From NCBI GenBank assembly GCA_964234715.1, contig OZ174278.1: a DNA stretch of 64,000 bases; one strand, 5' to 3'. Under the pieces are notes generated by a model, which did not search any database, had not been told where the DNA came from, and saw only the letters and a program-made list of their open reading frames with translations. The position numbers were made by a program, and so were the translations under genes. The stretch comes from Podarcis melisellensis. Taxonomy: Eukaryota. Shown piece by piece: positions 36,709 to 49,996 of this stretch (its first letter is position 1; every line of letters starts with the position of its first letter).

Positions 36709-37519
36709 ATAGATGAAAGTTGTGCATGTGACAGTGCAAACTTTTTAGACTTCACTGCTTACTATGTCCACAAGAACACATAAATGTTCAGATTACCCAA
36801 GAGTTACAGATTTCCGTATAGGAGAAGGGGGCGGGGGGAGGGAGGTCTTTGGTTGCAATTTGATGTGACATGTTATTTGTATGCTGGAGGCAAAACCTCT
36901 TACCACATTGTTGTCATCCCTCATTCATTATAATGCTCAGAGGCACCATAACAGAAACGACCACTGCCTGCATTTTTAGCGTGATCCGCTGTCAGTCTTG
37001 CTAAATCCACGCTTGGAGATAGTGAAAACAAAGACTGCTGGAGTTCAAACTGTACCCTTAGGTTTGTAAGTAAAGAGGATGGAATCTATTATTCAAGACT
37101 CCATTGTTAGGAGAGAGACTATAGATAGTGAATTCAGGTATCAAAAAACAGCTTTAAGGAGGTGAACAAAAGTTGTCATGGCAAATTAATTTTGAAATGA
37201 TGGTTGTTCACTTTACTACAAAGAGACTGTCGTGTGGTAAAGTTTAAAAAAATCACCGTAAGTCCACCAAAAAGCAGCTTCTGTTGATTGTTGTTCTGCA
37301 CTGTAACCAGTGCAACAAACATATTTTTGTTTATTCCCTCCCATGACAAGTGTACCATAATTGTCCTTAATGACAAGAATCCCAGTACTATCATGTCACT
37401 CAACTGACCCTTCCATATTTTCATAAATATAACAGTCAATATAATAAGCTGTTATTTAGTCAACTGCCATGCTGTAACAAAATCATTTCTCCCATTTCTC
37501 AAAATCCTTTTTTCCTTGA

Positions 37520-37870
37520 GACAGCGGTGGAGCATATGCCCGCGCTGCCCAGGGCGGGCACGCTCCCGAGGGGGTGTGTGCAGAGGATGCCCTCCCAGGC
37601 ACAGGATAGCCCCTCAGGTGCCTGGAGCGGCATGTGCACCCTGCAGCTGGGGCACAGCGAGCTGCTCACAGGTGCGGGGCGAGCCGCTCTTGGGTGCGGG
37701 GCAAGCCACCCATGGCGGACATTCGGCGCACTGCTCACCTGCGACTCCTAAGCCTCCCCCAAGCTGTCAAAATGAAGGGAGAAGTAGGGAATGAGGCCAG
37801 CAAAGTGGAGCAGCTCCACCCTTACTCCAAAGGCTTGGGGTAGGCTTGGGAGTCACACCCGGGGCGGTCC
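37520..37870 (-). promoter_or_regulatory. CpG-rich island; putative promoter and first exon of a minus-strand transcript
   Basis: GC- and CpG-rich stretch with no TIR or TSD seen. GC box GGGGCGG at 37861-37867. Minus-strand donor CAG|GTGAGC at 37739/37738. Confidence 0.4.
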
Positions 37871-40800
37871 ACCCCCACCACATCCCCCTTCCTATGTCCC
37901 TGCCTTGAGAAAGAGACATCCATTTTTCTTAGAGAATTTCTTTGGGATTTCTTAAGAGGTTTGAGCTTGCCATATAAATGCAAGGTGGAAGGTGATTTTG
38001 TTGTTGCCTGTGCACAGTTGGGTGCAAAAAGTGGAGCTGAAACAAATGTTTGGTTGGAAAGCTGATAATGTTCAGTTTGAAAAATAAGAATGATGTTGGG
38101 GGAGGGGCTTATTGATTTGTTATTGTTTTTATTATGTATTTTGTGTGTTCCTTTATCTTGTTTTATTATATTGTGAACCAATCTGAGATCTGCAGATGGA
38201 CGTTAGTATGCAAATTTAACAAATAAATAATAACAAGTTAGATATAGATTTTTTAAAACTTTCTTACTTTTTAAAAATAATTTATTTACTGCTTAACTAC
38301 AATAGTTTCTAAACATTTTACAAAGATACAATGGATTTTTCTGGATCTTTCTAGCTTTCTCCATAATCCAGCGCATGTTATGATAAAGCTAGAATACTGT
38401 ATGCTTATACAGTATATTGCTTTGGAAAGTCTCCGCCAAGGTAAATATTATACACAGTTCAGAAGCTCAGCATAAGATTATTTGCTTAAATGGGTTCACT
38501 GTTGCCAAGATCTATCTTCCTTTTTCACAAATATTGTGACTGGGGATGAAGTTTGACACACTTTACAAAATGCTTTTAACCTACCCCTGAAATGTAGAAT
38601 CTTGTTTGGTACACACACAAAATGTGTTTTTGCTGTCAAACATAAGGTTCAGTGAAAATCAAATGAGGTCACATGAAAAAAGGACCAATCAGCAGATATC
38701 AAGGGGAAATGTACCTTTTGGCACCAGATTACTGATGATTAAATGAGTAGTTTTCATTGTTTCAAGCTTCAAGGAACATTTTCCATGTCAGCTTGTCTGC
38801 CATGAAATCATTGGAAAATGTTGCCGAAAATAGGATTTGGATGGTTTTGTTTTTCGTTTTTTACATACCCTGACTTAGTTATAATTATGATGGGAATTTG
38901 ATGTTTATGAATGGAATTGCTATAAAATGCAATTCTAGTATTCCAGACATTTTTAAGCTGCCTTCATCAACCTTTCAGCACATTCAGTAGGACTTAAAGC
39001 ATTATTCAAGAGCAACCAAGGAAACCCCATGGCTAGGAATTCAATGTATGAGTTTCAGATATGCACTCCTGGGGCTACAGAAGTGAAAACAGAATAGTTC
39101 TTGTGGAAACCTATGAGGATTTATCCTTCTGTACAGGAAATCCACAGCATGACAAGCAGAATTTCAAAGGTGTGATTATACCTTGTCACTCCCTTGAATT
39201 TCTAAGAATTCTAATAATGCATTATAGCAGAGCAGACTATCAGCAGTAAGATTTCATGCTAATGGTGGCTGTTCTTTATTCAAATTGTCCCAAAGTAATA
39301 ATTATTTACAAATGTGTATCCAATTTATATCATAATCAACATAGTTTTGTTTGTCTCATCTGAAGTGCGCAAAGCATTTGTCTAAGGCAAGTAACCGTCA
39401 TTATCCCTGTTTTATCAGGCCACAAATGGAGAAACAGAAAATAAAATGCATGGGGCTTACAGAAACACTGCTGAGACAAGAGCTCATTACTGAAGCAACT
39501 TGAACCCTTTGTGCAAATCAGAGGGACGTACACAGGATTCAGCTGAATCCCACATCGAATTGGGTTGGTTCGGGGGGGGGGATCCTGGCTTGGGCTCAGT
39601 TGCGTTGACACAACCCATGGTCACACTTCCCAGATAAATCCTGGACTGTCACAGGGGTGGGAATCAGGCGAGAAGACTGCAGGGATCTGTTTTGCCAATG
39701 TGTTTTCTACAGGGAATGTTCTAGCAAAGCAGAGCCCAGGAGGATTGAATCTTATGCTCATCAGATAGTTAGTGGATTCAGTCCTGTGGATGGCAGGGTA
39801 CCCCTCATGAAGGAGCAGCAACCCTATTTAAAAAAAAGCCTTAATGTTTCATAATATTCCTCATTAAACATTAGCCTCACCTCCAATTTAATTCAGGGCC
39901 AGATCCAGGCTGGGTGAAGTGTTCCAAAGGTTGAGCCAGGGTCAATATGGGGTCCTGGATTGGGGTCAGCAGGGGCTGGGCATAGCCTTAATATATGTGG
40001 ATGAGTGGGACAACAATCAGCAATCTTTCCTAAAGTAGAGTTTCTGGTTGGCCAGCTCCATGTCAGTTTCACGTGTTCATTCATAATGCCTTTGGTGCTT
40101 TTTTTATTAAAATCTATATGAAATGTTATATTTAAATCTATATTTCGCCACAAAACAACTATTTAAATGTATATTAATCTAGGTGTATGCATTTCTAAAG
40201 TGTTTATTCCAAAATGTACATTTCTATGCACTTTGCTGACTTTTTGAGCTGAGAACAGCGGTAAAATTGAGAGAGGCACATAATCTGAAGGATTTTATCT
40301 ATGAATTGATCCTTGATGTGCAGATTAGATCAGTTCACTTAAAAAATTGAACCAAATGAAATTCCCCAGCATCGCAGCAGCAAAAGCCATTTGGATAAAC
40401 AACTTGATCATAGCAACTGCTCCAGTACTTTATTTCATCTTTCTCAGGTATCTCTATCAATTATTTGCTTATTTGTTTATTTAACATTTATTCTGCCTGT
40501 CCATGACAAGAAACAAAAGCTGACTTAAATGTGAAATCCGTATCATAGCCTATCTAAACAACAAACAGTGTCCCTAAAAAGTTATGCCATTTAAAAAACC
40601 ACAAGACTGGGCAACTGTGTAAAATGTCTAACAAATATACAAGTGAAACTCTAAGTTTGGCAAGATAGAATGAAGCAAGTGATACCAACATTGTCCCTCC
40701 TTATCCATGTGGTTCTTCTTTGTGCTTTTTTCCAGATGCAGAACAAGTTACTTTTTTCCATACTAAAGTTAGTTGCAGTTTTCTGGATGAAGAGTCAGTG

Positions 40801-41247
40801 ATGTTAATATCGGTCTACAATTACATGAGTGGGATTAAGTGGGTTCAATTGCAATGTGAAATCCTTCAGTAGTTCTAAAATTATCTTGGAAAATAGCCCA
40901 TAAAGTATCTGGTGCTACTTATGAACAATTGCATACAAAACCCTACAAATGACGAATATTTGATTCTGCTCACAGACAGTTGAATGGCAGATAATAGTGA
41001 AGTGGTTTAAAGAATTTGGGATTGACTGACAGAAAAAGACTGGTGTTCATGGTTTTCCGACTGCTACAGAACTTCCTTGTAAAACCAAAGTTTGCTTTCT
41101 ATTGGGATTATGAAGATAGCTTCTATGTTCTTTAGGCAAGCTGGATATACAAAAACAAACAAACAAAATAAACGGTTTGCACATCATTATTAGGAAGATA
41201 TGCACTTTTACATTCACTGCACCCCCTGTTTGATCATAAATATTTTT

Positions 41248-41412
41248 TCAGCATCCTGTTCTCACATTGGTCAACAAGATGCCTGTGGGAAACCAGAGAG
41301 AAGAAGATGAGCACAAGACTACTCTTCTCACCCGAGGTTTCCAGCTGGTTGCATCAATAGCCCTTTCCTGCATGAATTCATCTAATTCCCTTTTAAAGCT
41401 ATCCAAGTTGTT
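41248..41412 (-). mobile_element. CR1 LINE 3' fragment
   Basis: Minus-strand peptide LDSFKRELDEFMQERAI (CR1 ORF2 terminus) followed by a CR1-like 3'UTR. Confidence 0.75.
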
Positions 41413-42513
41413 ATCCATACTTCTCAAAGTATTTGTGGGGATGTCTGGTAATAAAGTATTTAAAAACATACATGAAATGAAGTTGCCTGATTTCTAATTC
41501 AATTCTAATGCATAAGGTTGGGTAATGATTCCTTTCAGTTTATTACATTCAGAAACCTAATTATGAGTACACTGATCTCATACCCCCAAACACAATGCAG
41601 TGAAGAACCGGGATGCTGTCTTCTGGGGCTGCACTCCTGCATGAGTCACATGACCCATGCAAAATCATGGCCCTGAAAATTGCACAAGAGCACAGAGCCC
41701 CAAATGGATGCCATGCTCTTGCGGGGGCAGGGGGAATGGGATGCTTTGGCTTTCACAGAACAATTGTGGGATACCTGATCTTAGATCCTGTGGTAGGATA
41801 TGTTTATAAATAGTTTTATTTCCATTTCATTTACTGGGTTGTCTTACATAGATAAACCTGCTTAAGGGTATAATAATTATATGTGTCTGTAATTTTAGCA
41901 GTAACGTAAAAATAGAATAGATTTTAATTGAAAACTGAGTCATTTCATGTTTGAATGCTATGTTTGTAGTCTGGACTATTACTGTACACTGCAAAAATAA
42001 TGGGCAAATGAGCATTTTTATTAGGTCAGCAAAGTCCTCATTCAAATTGTGAACTATTTATTGTACATAGGTAATATGCAATCTGTTATTTTGATCTTAA
42101 AAATATCCTATTCAAGATGCAATTTTAATAAATTCTTGATTGCTAATTTATACACTTTATGCTTCATTTGCATAAATTTATCTTTTGTAAGCTAATTTGG
42201 TTTTGAATAAAATTAATCATAATTAACGTTTAGTATTTTGTTATGATTACTTAAATAACATTTTAAAGCCACAACTGTGGTTTCAAATAAACTGCTAATC
42301 CATTAAAATTGAAGGAGGGCTCATTTCAATTTGAGGCGTACTTTTCAATGTGCTCTTTATTGGTGTATATTATTGGTGTATATCCTCTTACAATAAAAAT
42401 ATTTCTATGCTGCTATTTCATTTTTTTAAAAAAACACATAAAATGGGTTTATAACAAAGAGACACTAGCCATACAGTAAAACCCTACAGTAAAAAACATA
42501 CAAAAAGTTTTAA

Positions 42514-42514
<1 letters not shown>

Positions 42515-42544
<30 letters not shown>
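42515..42544. repeat. (TG)15 microsatellite
   Basis: Direct dinucleotide run. Confidence 0.95.
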
Positions 42545-42547
<3 letters not shown>

Positions 42548-42549
42548 AG

Positions 42550-43720
42550 AATTCTGGAAAGATGTATTCTTAATTGCCTGCATAGACCTGGAAGTTTTCA
42601 GCAGGCAGTTAAAAGTTGAAACAGATGGCACCTGGTGCATCTCTATTGGGAACATCATACAGGGCAGATGACACTAAAGGCTTGATTACTTGTTGTTATA
42701 AAGAGAGCCTCACCAACTCAGGGAAAGGCCAACAGTGTTCCTCCACATTATCTCAGTGATCATGTAGGATACAAGTGTTCTTGCGATTCCTGAGATACCC
42801 TGGACCTAAAGCTATAAGGGCTTTGTAAATTAATAAAAGGACATTGAACCTAGTAGATGGGCAGCCAGTGCAACCGCTTTAACAATGGTGTCACAAATGT
42901 TCTGAGCCAGATACCACCACCAGCCTCCTGGCCACCACATTCTGTACCAGCTGAAGCTTCTGAAGTAAGCCCAAGGGCAGCCACACATAGAGTGCATTAC
43001 AGCAATCTAGACTTGAGGTAGCAACACATGGACAACTATGGCCAGACTATCCCTGTCTAAGAATGACCATAGCTGGTGAACCAGATGAAGTCAGTAAAAA
43101 GCATTCCTAGTCACAGGAGACACTTAGGCCCCAAGTGACAAACATGTGTCCAGGAGTACTGTGTACTTGTTCCTTTAGGGGAAGTGCAATCCCATAAGCA
43201 ACTAGCCTATTTCCTGAACATGGGAACCCTCCACCCCCAAAGCCTCCATCTTCCCAGGATTCAAGCACAGATTATTTGCCTTCATTCAGATCACCACTGC
43301 ATTCAAACACTGATCCAGAACTTTCACAACTTCCTTGATTCAGTTGTTATGGAGAAGTAGAGCGCTGAGTCATCAGCATATTTGTGACAACATGGTCCAA
43401 AACTCCTAATGACTACTCCTAGCTGCCTCATATATATGTTAAATAGCTCTCAGGAGAGGATGGTAGCCTGTCCAACCCCATAGCACAAGTGTCAGTGAGC
43501 CAAGGAAGACTCACCCAGCGCTACTCTCAAGACTGTGAAGCTATAAAAGGAACCACAGTTCCTCTGATACCTATTACACTAAGTTGGACCAAGAAGATAC
43601 CATGGTTGATAGCATCAAAGGCTGCTGAAAAATCATGCAGAAGTAACAGGGTTGCAATCCCCCTGTCTCTTTCGAGATTAAGGTCATCCATCAGGTGACC
43701 CAGTTTGATTCAGAATGTCG
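42550..43720 (-). mobile_element. Degraded L2 LINE ORF2 (reverse transcriptase) fragment
   Basis: Minus-strand motifs LLLLHDFSAAFDAINHG (about 43600-43650) and CYGVGQATILS.ELFNIYMRQLG...CHKYADD (about 43370-43485). Confidence 0.88.
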
Positions 43721-43775
43721 CATGTTGATAATCCAGTAAACTCTTTCTTCTTTGCACATGCCTTTTCAGATTATT

Positions 43776-44131
43776 AAGGTAAAGGTAAAGAGACCCCTGA
43801 CCATTAGGTCCAGTCATGACCGACTCTGGGGTTGCGGTGCTCATCTCGCTTTATTGGCCGAGGGAGCCGGCGTACAGTTTCTGGGTCATGTGGCCAGCAT
43901 GACTAAGCCACTTCTGGCGAACCAGAGCAGCGCACGGAAATGCCGTTTACCTTTCCGCTGGAGCGGTACCTATTTATCTACTTACCCTTTGATGTGCTTT
44001 CGAACTGCTAGGTTGGCAGGAGCTGGGACCGAGCAACCAGAGCTCACCCCGTCACGGGGATTCGAACCGCCGACCTTCTGGTCAGCAAGTCTTAGACTCT
44101 GTGGTTTAACCCACAGCGCCACCCACGTCCC
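43776..44131 (-). mobile_element. Full-length Sauria SINE
   Basis: Tail AAGGTAAAGGTAAAG, complete body, reverse B box GGGATTCGAACC and 5' end CACCCACGTCCC. Approximate TSD tttcagattattaa / tttcattttattaa. Confidence 0.95.
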
Positions 44132-45613
44132 TTTCATTTTATTAATTACCATTTAAGAATTCACTACCATCTTGAAGGTGCATGTATGTGGGTGTCAATG
44201 TGTGTGCGCACAGCACACACTGAGCCCAACAATGCACTGTATGAAGACTCTCCAGCTTTAATCTTTTAAATGAAAATCAATAATAATGTGTCAAGAGTGG
44301 CTGTGCAACTGACTTTGATGAGCATAGCTGACTTCTCCTGGTGATTCTCCTGGTTCCACAGGTAATACAGATGGAAGTTTTTGAAAAATAAATAAATAAA
44401 GAGAAGAGCAGAATAACAGCAAGGATTATTTTAGTGCTTTAGCAGAACTGGAGTGTTCAGTGGCAGCTTCAGGCACATGCAGACCTATCAACTACAAGAG
44501 ATTTCTGACAATAATCCTCTTTCATGTTGTTTTCAGTGGTAATGTTAGCTTTATAAGCATTAGAACTTTACCTTGAAGCTATGGAGCTTCTCTACAGTCT
44601 AAACAAATCGGGGTGGGGGTGGGGAATAGGACAATGTTCAAACACCTCTCTCTTGCTCACTCCCACCTCTGCCTTTATGTTGTTACAAAGACTGAAATGG
44701 AAGACCCATTGACATTTAAAGTGGTGAGCCGAGGCTAAAGTTAAAAGCTCAACCAAACATATCGCAAACTTCCATCTGGCGTCACCGCATACTGCATGAA
44801 TATATGACCTAGGGGCTCATGAAGATGAGCAGATCCTTGTGGATGGAACCATATAAAGGTTTGATCCAGTGTGCTCATGCTTACTTACACTGATTCATTT
44901 TTTATTGTGCTTTATTCAATTTTTTGTAACATCATCATTATTACTAGTAGTAGGACTACTACATGGGTCCATGAGACTGGGAAAGTATGTTAAGGGACTG
45001 GGTCGCAATACATCAATGAAAAATAAATGATGTTTCTAAACAAATGCATCAGTGTGAATCATTGTGAAATTACCCACGAACCTGTTATGGTATGAACATA
45101 TAAATCCTGAAGAGCTACTTCTCTCATGTGTAGAAAATTCAGGGGTGGACATTGGCTCCTAGATATACAGCCAAATTCTCCTGTGCACTGCCATCCAAAC
45201 TGCCTTAGGCTGTCTTACCATTTAAATTCAATAGGTGAAGTGGGGGGGGGGTGTTGCAATGCAATAGAATACAGCTATCCTCAATCATAGCTGATTTGGC
45301 AACATTATTTTCTAGGTGGGGGACGGGAGAAAATGTCACTGTGACTTAAAAATCCACATGCTTTGCACTATGTATGTTAAAACTGTTGTCTCAACAAGGG
45401 TGAAATCAATTTTGCATTGATTATTTGGAACGAATTATTGATGAAGTCTTTTTGGTAGCAGCCAGGGGGGAAATGGTACCTGGGTACTCTGATTATGAAA
45501 AGAGATATTCCATTGATTTGGTGGGGGACTGACTTCCCTGTTAAATGTACTGGGACATTTTTATGCAATATTTTGTTCTCTGGTGCTCACAATTTCATGG
45601 CTTAACATCACTA

Positions 45614-45904
45614 TGTTGTTGTTGTTTAGTCGTTTAGTCGTGTCCCACTCTTTGTGACCCCATGGACCAGAGCAGGCCAGGCACTCTTGTCTTCCACTGC
45701 CTCCCGCAGCTTGGTCAAACTCATTTTGGTAGCCTCGAGAACACTGTCCAACCATCTTGGCCTCTGTCGTCCCCTTTTCCTTGTGCCCTCAATCTTTCCC
45801 AACATCAGGGTCTTTTCCAGGGAGTCTCTTATTCTCATGAGGTGGCCAAAGTATTGGAGCCTCAGCTTCAGTATCTGTCCTTCCAGTGAGCATTCAGGAC
45901 TGAT
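45614..45904 (-). mobile_element. BovB (RTE) LINE 3' end
   Basis: Peptide SLEGQILKLRLQYFGHLMR..DSLEKTLMLGKIEGTRKRGRQR.RWLD...HGVTKSGTRLND, then a (CAA)n tail. Confidence 0.95.
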
Positions 45905-48794
45905 AATCTTATTTGGGCAGAATTGGCTCGCCAGGTAGGACAGGGCCACTACTCTAGTTTTCCAGCAGAAAAGTCACTGAGGCAGGTAGTAGTGGGGAGG
46001 TCAGCATACAGTATGATACAGTACAGACACATCAGCCAGAGTGCCATATTGACTTCTCTATCCCCTTCTCATCTTCCTCCTAGTAAGCAACAGCAACTCA
46101 CTTGCTAGGAAGCTAATGGAAACAGCTGCTGGGGCTTTTATGAGGATGCCAATGTATTCTATAAGATGGTGATAAGTTCTTTGCAGCAGTTCAGCCAATC
46201 AGAAGCCAATGTCAGAGAGATCTAGGGCAGCAGCAAGAGTCTTGAGCTGCCGCTGGAAGCCCTGATCAGATGGATCCTAGGGAGTGGTAGGCCAGGTCAC
46301 AGGAACTAGGCAAGCAGGAGGAAGTGTAGAATCACTGGGCAAGATATAGGAACAAATAATCCAGCAGCACAAGAGAAGCAAAGGTGCGTTAGAAGTAGTT
46401 CGGAATGAGAAGAAGCCAGAGGAATAAGCTCAAGTAGAGAAGGAAAATGAGAATAGCCCAAACTGAACCATGGTTGCATATTAATTTGAACCTACAGCCC
46501 AATGATTGACTATAGACCACTGTTCCAGATGCCCACATTGTTCTCCAAAAGAAAATGAAATATTTACCATCATTCTCATATCTCCTCTTCCTGTATAATA
46601 ATTTTGCTAAGCTGCATATCGCAAGTTATTTTAATTTTTATTTGCAAATCCTTTTCACCAAGCCATTAATCATTTTTGCTTTCTTCCTTCAATTCACTCT
46701 AGTTTGTCATCATCTTTCTGGTAGCGTGAACACTTGAAAGCAAAGGGTTAGTTTACTACCATCTTTAACTCTATCTTAGCTCTTGTTTGCTAGAAGTATT
46801 TGTGACACTTTAATTAATCTTTTTCTAACACCACAGCGCTTATTTCCTCCCTGGAAAAATATATAATGAAATATTGCCAATCTTTAGTATTTCTACTGCA
46901 TATGTGGCTTATGATTCTACAGCTTTGAATATGTGTGAAATAAAAGTGGTACAAGTATTTGGACTCTGTTGACCTGGGGGTCCCCAGTCATGGTTAACCC
47001 AATCTGGGCCTATTTGGGGCCCACTAATCCCACTGAGGACCCAGTACTGAATTGTTTTGGGGTAGGTCTAATGTTTGATTAGGGTTGATTACTTAAAGAA
47101 GAAGCTATGGAGATCTTTAGAGCAGTAACTAAATTGGTAACCATTTTCTCATGGCTACTTTCTACACATAGTTTTAATAGGTTAGCTAGCAGAATTATTA
47201 AAGGAACAGCAGGCAGTTTATGCAAAACTCAAATTATCTGTTAAAGTTGCATATAATACCTTACAGAAAACAATAAACTAAAAAAATACTTATGACCAGT
47301 ATGTGCTGTTTCTGCAAGAAGTGTGTATGTTTCATGTTGAGCAATTGGTCTGACATGCAAACTTCATTAAGTGTAAATGCAGTGTTCATTATTAATGCAT
47401 TCAGCAGTCCTATGAGATCCTGCTAAATAATTTTTATTGCAGATGCCATAAAATTGTATCACTTTTTGTGCCCTGCTTCTTAAAAATATACAAAACAAAA
47501 CTAACACTGCTGAATTTCTGTGTGGAAGTGGAAAATTCAAAAGCATATGGGATATCTATGTATGGAGGGGGGGAACAGTGAATTATTTGTGAATCAAAAT
47601 AAAAAGTCAATGAAATGCTAATTAAAATATTAATGATAAATAAGTAATTCTGCTTCAAGTATATATTTTGGGATTGATTACAGCTGCATTATATGACATT
47701 AGGGTGCTACTAAAAATGCATACAAGTTGGACACTTGTAACATCATAGTAATGTAATAGGGACTTAATTTTCACAGAGTCCCACTCTTTGAACAGCATCT
47801 CTTTAAAGGTAGGTAGAAAGATAAATGCACATTCAGATTAAAAGCTGAAAGCTGAAGTTACTTGTTGACAGCCCTTTAAAACACAATCACTTTCAATCCT
47901 TTCTTAGCAAACATTCTCCATCCCAATGACTGCTTTATCTCTCTCATTCCTGATAACGCACCAGCAGCCTGTTTATGCAGTGTCAGAAAGACCAAGGTTT
48001 TGCTGTAAAATTCTGAAGATCGATTGTCATTGAGCGGTACAGAGAAACTATGATTGTCTCATGTATATGATTGCCAGCAGCAAAGTAATTACATAGACAA
48101 ATAATAGTGTTTTCGACTATATATAATTTTGTTTGATATTTTTCTGCCCTGTTATCAAGAACAATATGTTGTTGTTTAGATGAGGGCTTTTCAACTCCAT
48201 TGCCAGTGTTATTTATTGGCATTATAAACAAAGATGTTAAAAACAGCTTAGAAGCAATTTTGGGGGTAATAAACATGGAGTGCTCTATAGCAGTGCTCTT
48301 TTTTCAGGAGGCAGGGGAAAGAGATTATAGCAACTTGATAAAATGGGTCTAAGTACCTGATAGAAAACTGTAGAATATATTTGTCTATAGGATACTGAGC
48401 TTTCTGAATATGACTTTGCAAACAGTAGCCAATGATGCCCAGTATCAAAGATGTGCATTTTCTTTGAGATAACAAACCAAATATTCTCTTCTCTTCTATT
48501 GATGTGGGTCTCATTTAATGCCTTTTGCAAGGCCAGGGGTCAAACTAATGATAAATAAACCAATTCTGTAATATGAACATAATTGAGTTAATTGGGACTT
48601 CCAGATAAGTAACCTCAGTTTCACAACATACATATAAAGACACTTATTACTTCATATCTTCCTAGAAAATATATTCTCAACTTTGTAAAGTTGGTGTCCC
48701 CCTTATTTATTTATTTATTTTACTGCCCTTTATTCATAGAACTCAGGGTGGTTCACATATGTGGATAAACTGGGTACAATATCAGTAGGACAGA

Positions 48795-49996
48795 ACTGGG
48801 GAAATTCCTCACTGGGGTAGAAATCATATATCAAACAAATGGAAAGCTCTTCAATCTGAGCAGACTGAAAGCAAAGAGTAACATTACCATAACTTCCATC
48901 ATAGAGCTTCAGTATGCTGATGACAAGGTAGTGTGTGCATGCTCAGAGGATGACCTCCAACCATCCTAAATATCTTCATAGCTGTCAACAGTTCCCTTTT
49001 TTAAAAGGGAAATTCCCTTATTCAGAATAGGATTCCTCGCAAGAAAAGGGTTGACAGCTATGAATATCTTCATAGAAGATTACGAAAAGCTTGGCCTGTC
49101 GCTCAACATCCAAAAAACCAAAGTGCTGCACCAACAAGTACAAATTAAGCCCTCTGCAGAATCCAACTCAATGGTGTAACGATGGAAAATGTCAATCACT
49201 TCTCTACCTAGGCAGTTACCTTTCCACAAGGGTCAACACTGATGCCAAAATCCAGCATCACCTGAGCTCTGCGAGTGCGGCTTTCTCCCAGTTGAATTGC
49301 AGAGTGTTTGAGGGACATTTGCAGGGAAACAAAAATGCTTGTTTACAAAGCTATTGTACTACCAACCTTACTGTATGCTTGTGAAACATGGACCACTTAC
49401 AAACGCCATCTCCAACTTCTCAAAAGATTCCATCAACGGTGTCTCTGAAAAATCTTATACATCACTTGGAAAGACAGCCGAACTAATATCAATGTAATGG
49501 ATGAAGGAAATATCACCAGTGTTGAAGCAATGATTCTTCAACATCAACTTCGCTAGACTGGTCATGTTGTGCAGATGCCTGATGATCGTCTTCCAAAGCA
49601 ACTACTCTATTCTGAACTTAAAAATGTAAAGTGTAATGCTGGTGGTCAACAAAAGAGGTTTAAAGACCGTCTCAAGGCAAATCTTTAAAAAGGTAGTATA
49701 AACACAGACAACTGGGAAACACTGACCTGTGAGCGCTCCAATTGGAGAACAGCCTTTACCAAAGGTTTCATGGACTTTGAAGACACTCAAACTCAGAACG
49801 CAAGGGAGAAACATGCTAAGAAGACATGCTTGGCAAATCCACACCGTGATCAACTCCCACCTGGCAGCCAATGTCCCCATTGTGGAAAGACATGTGGGTC
49901 CAGAATTGACATCTACAGTCACTTGCGGACTCATTGTTAAAACTGTGTTTATGGAAGACAATCTTACTCGACTATGAGTGATCGCCAAAGAAGAAA
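48795..49996 (+). mobile_element. 5'-truncated RTE-clade LINE, non-BovB family
   Basis: GKLFNLSRLKAKS...ELQYADD...GLSLNIQKTKVL (RT), a C-terminal CPHCGKTCGSRIDIYSHLRTH zinc finger and a short (GAA) tail. Multiple frameshifts. Confidence 0.92.
48977..49062. mobile_element. 86-bp hAT-type MITE nested in the RTE
   Basis: Perfect 13-bp TIR CATAGCTGTCAAC / GTTGACAGCTATG. Perfect 8-bp TSD aatatctt (48969-48976 / 49063-49070). Removing it restores LNIFIEDYEKLGL. Confidence 0.92.
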
